62,358 bases of DNA. Source: Candidatus Kaiserbacteria bacterium. Lineage in GTDB: Bacteria > Patescibacteriota > Minisyncoccia > Phycocordibacterales > UBA2100. The notes below the pieces were generated by a model. It worked only from the letters and a program-made list of their open reading frames with translations. It did not search any database and was not told the DNA's origin. The position numbers were made by a program, and so were the translations under genes. The DNA lies in assembly GCA_028286865.1 (NCBI GenBank), contig JAQBQU010000016.1, positions 1 to 62,358 of the forward strand, read 5' to 3'. Of the stretch, positions 59,983 through 62,358 are shown one piece after another; position 1 is the stretch's first letter, and every line of letters begins with the position of its first letter.

Positions 59983-60525
59983 ATGCGCTCTCGTACCAAC
60001 ATTCTCATAAGCTTTCTCATCGCAGCAGTCATTGTGCTCGCGATCGCGCAGGTATATACCATCCGCAAACTTTCAAATAACGCAGCGCAAAGTGTCATGC
60101 AGCCAGCACATCCGGGAGGAGTGGCTACACAAGCGGTATCAGCTGTACCTCCGTCGACGATCATGATGCCGATATCAGGTACCGTTATGTCCGCCGACTC
60201 GTCCCATATCGTAATAGGGAATGCGTCTTCGACCAGAGCGTTATCGATCGATCCATCGACCGTTATTGTGCAATTCGGCGCGCTCAAGGATTCTCAACAG
60301 CAGGCCGCTGATATGGAGGCATTCAGGCTTTCTTCAAATGAGCTTGCCAAAGATCCCGAGAAAAATAAATTATTGCTCCAAACGCTTGTGGCGCCGTCAC
60401 CGTTTAAGGAGACAAAGATCGCCGCTTCCGATATAAAGCCGGGTGCAGAGATCGTTGCGTATACCTTTATTCAAGGCGGGTCGGTATATGCCGTTCGAGT
60501 GAATGTATTGTCGGTCGCTCAATGA
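59983..60525 (+). CDS. small membrane-anchored partner protein, paralog B
   Basis: 180 aa from MRSRTNILISFLIAAVIVLAIAQVY. It has the same CAATAATATG junction as cassette A and C-terminal similarity (DMEAFR.SS..LA.D..KN...LQ.L.APS). Confidence 0.7.
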   Translation: MRSRTNILISFLIAAVIVLAIAQVYTIRKLSNNAAQSVMQPAHPGGVATQAVSAVPPSTIMMPISGTVMSADSSHIVIGNASSTRALSIDPSTVIVQFGALKDSQQQAADMEAFRLSSNELAKDPEKNKLLLQTLVAPSPFKETKIAASDIKPGAEIVAYTFIQGGSVYAVRVNVLSVAQ

Positions 60526-60536
60526 GTAGCGCCCAA

Positions 60537-60574
60537 AAGAAAAGCTCCGGCTTGTGGGCCGGAGCTTTTCTTTT
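60537..60574. terminator. bidirectional terminator (AGCTCCGGC...GCCGGAGCT)
   Basis: 9-bp GC-rich stem with A/T-run flanks between the island and rplT. Confidence 0.8.
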
Positions 60575-60579
60575 GATAT

Positions 60580-60924
60580 TTACTTGAGTGTCGCGGTGAA
60601 GCGGGTGAATGCTTCCGGGTAGTCCTTTGCGAGGGTCGCCAGGACCTTGCGGTCGACGGTGATGCCTGCCTTCTTCATTGCTCCGATGAGCGTTGAGTAG
60701 GTGAAGCCTTCCGTGCGAGCTGCCGCATTGATGCGGAGCGCCCAGAGCGTGCGGTAATCACGCTTCTTCTTTCTTCGATCGCGGAATGCGTGTGCGCCTG
60801 CATGATGGATCGCTTCTTTAGCAACGCGCTCTTTGGTAGAGCGGCCGAATCGGTAGCCTTTGGTCTGCGCCAAGATATTCTTGCGGCGCTTGTTCTTCAT
60901 CGTTCCTCGTTTTACTCGTGCCAT
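60580..60924 (-). CDS. rplT: 50S ribosomal protein L20
   Basis: MARVKRGTMKNKRRKNILAQTKGYRFGRS... Confidence 0.97.
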   Translation of the reverse strand: MARVKRGTMKNKRRKNILAQTKGYRFGRSTKERVAKEAIHHAGAHAFRDRRKKKRDYRTLWALRINAAARTEGFTYSTLIGAMKKAGITVDRKVLATLAKDYPEAFTRFTATLK

Positions 60925-60927
60925 ATA

Positions 60928-61113
60928 TTATGCGTTAGAGAGGTAACGGCTGCGGTCTTTTGCTGTCATTTCGACGGACCCTGGGCGGCGATGACGCATA
61001 ACGTTGGAACCCGAGCGCTTTGCGTTGAAATGGTTCTGGCCCGGCGCGCGGGAAATGATCTTGCCGCTTTTGGTTACGCGCAAGCGCTTGGTGAATGATT
61101 TGTTTGTTTTCAT
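60928..61113 (-). CDS. rpmI: 50S ribosomal protein L35
   Basis: 61 aa: MKTNKSFTKRLRVTKSGKIISRAPGQNHFNAKRS. Confidence 0.93.
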   Translation of the reverse strand: MKTNKSFTKRLRVTKSGKIISRAPGQNHFNAKRSGSNVMRHRRPGSVEMTAKDRSRYLSNA

Positions 61114-61118
61114 GGTGT

Positions 61119-61757
61119 TTATTCGGTTGGGGCTTCTGGCTGACTTTCAGGCATTGTACCCTGATCTTTCGATCCGGGGGCCGTAGCCTTGGGCTTTGGG
61201 GGCTTCTTGGCGGCAGACAGATCCCGCTCAAGGACGACCGAGAGGCCCTTAGGGCTTTTCCTGATCTCGTCTGCGATTTTATACGATTCAGGGATTATTG
61301 CAAGAAAACGCTCAAGCCGGTCCTTCAGGAACTCGAATTCCATGTACTTGTATCGTCCCCAGAGAAAGAGGTCGATCTTGACCCGGTGGTTCTCGCGTAG
61401 CCACGAAGCGATCTTCGAGGCCTTGATATTCATGTCGTTCTGACTGGTTCCGATCTTCACCTGGGCCTCTTTGGTCTCGGTCACGTGGGCCTTGGCCTTG
61501 ATATCCTTGTCCTTCTTTTTTTGCTCGTACTTGTACTTTCCGTAGTCGGTGATCTTGGCGACCGGGGGATTGGCATTCGGAGAGATCTCGATGAGGTCGA
61601 GGCCCAATTCCTGGGCTTTTGCCAAAGCATCACGTGAAGAGAGGACGCCGAAGTTCTCTCCTTCGGGGCCGAGCACGCGGACCTCCTTAGCGCGGATACC
61701 CTCGTTCATTCGAACGCGCTCCTTTTCTACCTGCGATGTGTATTTCGTGAATCCCAT
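61119..61757 (-). CDS. infC: translation initiation factor IF-3 with Lys/Pro-rich C-terminal extension
   Basis: NEGIRAKEVRVLGPEGENFGVL...LDLIEISPNANPPVAKITDYGKYKYE. I prefer ATG 61757 (TGgTATAGT 10 nt upstream) over the track's TTG 61766. Confidence 0.9.
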   Translation of the reverse strand: MGFTKYTSQVEKERVRMNEGIRAKEVRVLGPEGENFGVLSSRDALAKAQELGLDLIEISPNANPPVAKITDYGKYKYEQKKKDKDIKAKAHVTETKEAQVKIGTSQNDMNIKASKIASWLRENHRVKIDLFLWGRYKYMEFEFLKDRLERFLAIIPESYKIADEIRKSPKGLSVVLERDLSAAKKPPKPKATAPGSKDQGTMPESQPEAPTE

Positions 61758-61818
61758 TTGTGGCAAAACTATACCACGATACGGCCTATAATCAAAGCCA
61801 AATCGCCCTTCTCGGCAG

Positions 61819-62358
61819 CTATTTGGTAGCTGAGGACGGACTCAGAAAGTGTATTGCCCAGGTCAATGCTGCCGCGAGGTCCGAAAGGAGCTTCATGACC
61901 CCGTTGGTGGATGGCGAACTGTACGTAGAAGGGCCGGTATAGCTTAGGTCGGTCGAGGTAAAGGTCTGCTGCGAGGTGAGCGGCTGGATAGACGCGATGG
62001 TGCCCGGATTTATCGAGGTCGATGCGCTCGCCGCAGAGATGCCTGTAATGTCCGAGGTATTGCTGTTAAGGACGACCGAGATCGGAGTGGCGGTCGCGGA
62101 GTTGCTCGCCGTGAATGAGACCGGATTGGCAAATGCGTTCAGGAGTTCCTCGGTCGTACTGGTATGCGTCGTAGACGTCGATGGATTGGTCACGAGGGTC
62201 GATGTGGCAGGCGTGGTTGCGATATTGGCGCAACTGTTGCCGTTGCAGCCGTTGGTGCATGTCTGGTACACCTGAGTGGTGCACGAGGTCGTCTGGTAGT
62301 ACATGACGTTGTTGGTGCAGGAGAATTGCGGGGAACAAATACCGCCGAGCGCGGTGGT
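61819..62358 (-). CDS. secreted Thr/Ser-rich protein, 5'-truncated by the window edge
   Basis: The frame stays open upstream of the first Met to the window end (TTALGGICSPQFSCTNNV-MYYQTTSCTTQVYQTCTNGCNGNSC...). The Cys-rich segment resembles the island's 4-Cys module. Confidence 0.6.
   Translation of the reverse strand, partial: TTALGGICSPQFSCTNNVMYYQTTSCTTQVYQTCTNGCNGNSCANIATTPATSTLVTNPSTSTTHTSTTEELLNAFANPVSFTASNSATATPISVVLNSNTSDITGISAASASTSINPGTIASIQPLTSQQTFTSTDLSYTGPSTYSSPSTNGVMKLLSDLAAALTWAIHFLSPSSATK

Noticed and set aside
48531-60525. Prophage or phage-tail-like particle (tailocin, eCIS) interpretation of the surface island.
   Set aside because: No sheath, tube, baseplate, spike, tape-measure, terminase, portal, capsid, integrase or att-like repeats were seen. 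All products carry Sec-type signal peptides or anchors, which phage structural proteins normally lack.
1-62358. CRISPR arrays, rRNA genes, IS elements/transposases and toxin-antitoxin pairs.
   Set aside because: No regularly spaced direct repeats, rRNA-like conserved blocks, DDE/HUH/serine/tyrosine recombinase motifs or typical TA gene pairs were seen on either strand. The only tandem repeats are in-frame coding repeats within the secreted proteins.

Overview
This 62.4-kb chromosomal window is moderately GC-rich and densely coded. I call about 70 protein genes and 5 single tRNA genes. I saw no rRNA, CRISPR array, transposase or integrase. The gene content suggests a small-genome CPR/Patescibacteria (Parcubacteria-like) bacterium, but that is inference only. 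Supporting features are a TrmB regulator, a type IV pilus-like operon with giant pilin-like proteins, ComEC, reduced housekeeping proteins, and many secreted PG-binding/PKD/beta-helix proteins.

Layout:
- 0.1-21 kb: housekeeping genes (histidine phosphatase, two PEP-utilizer swivel-domain paralogs, xth, cca, TrmB, YraN, patatin-like, trypsin-like protease, hup, rny, clpP, tig, DHH/DHHA2 phosphoesterase, nusA), interspersed with tRNAs and AT-rich, motif-laden spacers.
- 22-29.4 kb: pilB - TM - pilC - three prepilin-like genes.
- 29.6-41.4 kb: tpiA-pgk, HIT, recJ, sppA, RNase HI, a split ComEC, SOD, L28 and an M50 protease.
- 41.5-48.4 kb: a str operon (rpsL-rpsG ... fusA) interrupted by a visibly AT-richer insert. 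The insert carries a frameshifted CFA-synthase-like methyltransferase, SemiSWEET, a DUF2784-like gene, ung and a membrane protein.
- 48.5-60.5 kb: a 12-kb island of secreted surface proteins, including a duplicated fibre-like + small-partner gene cassette.
- 60.6-62.4 kb: rplT-rpmI-infC and a partial secreted protein.

Most interesting observations:
1. The surface-protein island and its duplicated two-gene cassette.
2. A pervasive leaderless gene-start grammar, with a -10 box exactly 6-7 nt before the start codon at 22 genes.
3. A self-contained GC-rich structured RNA / 32-codon ORF unit at 8.22-8.59 kb that I cannot classify.
4. A tRNA-Gly whose encoded CCA end lies 1 nt from a protease start codon.
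5. Recurrent intergenic motifs (TGTGGATAAC, GTTACACGTGAAA, TAAAGGACAT palindromes, and a 26-bp perfect palindrome).
6. An A7-tract frameshift splitting the methyltransferase.

All functional calls come from motif recognition by eye in the supplied translations. No database search was run.
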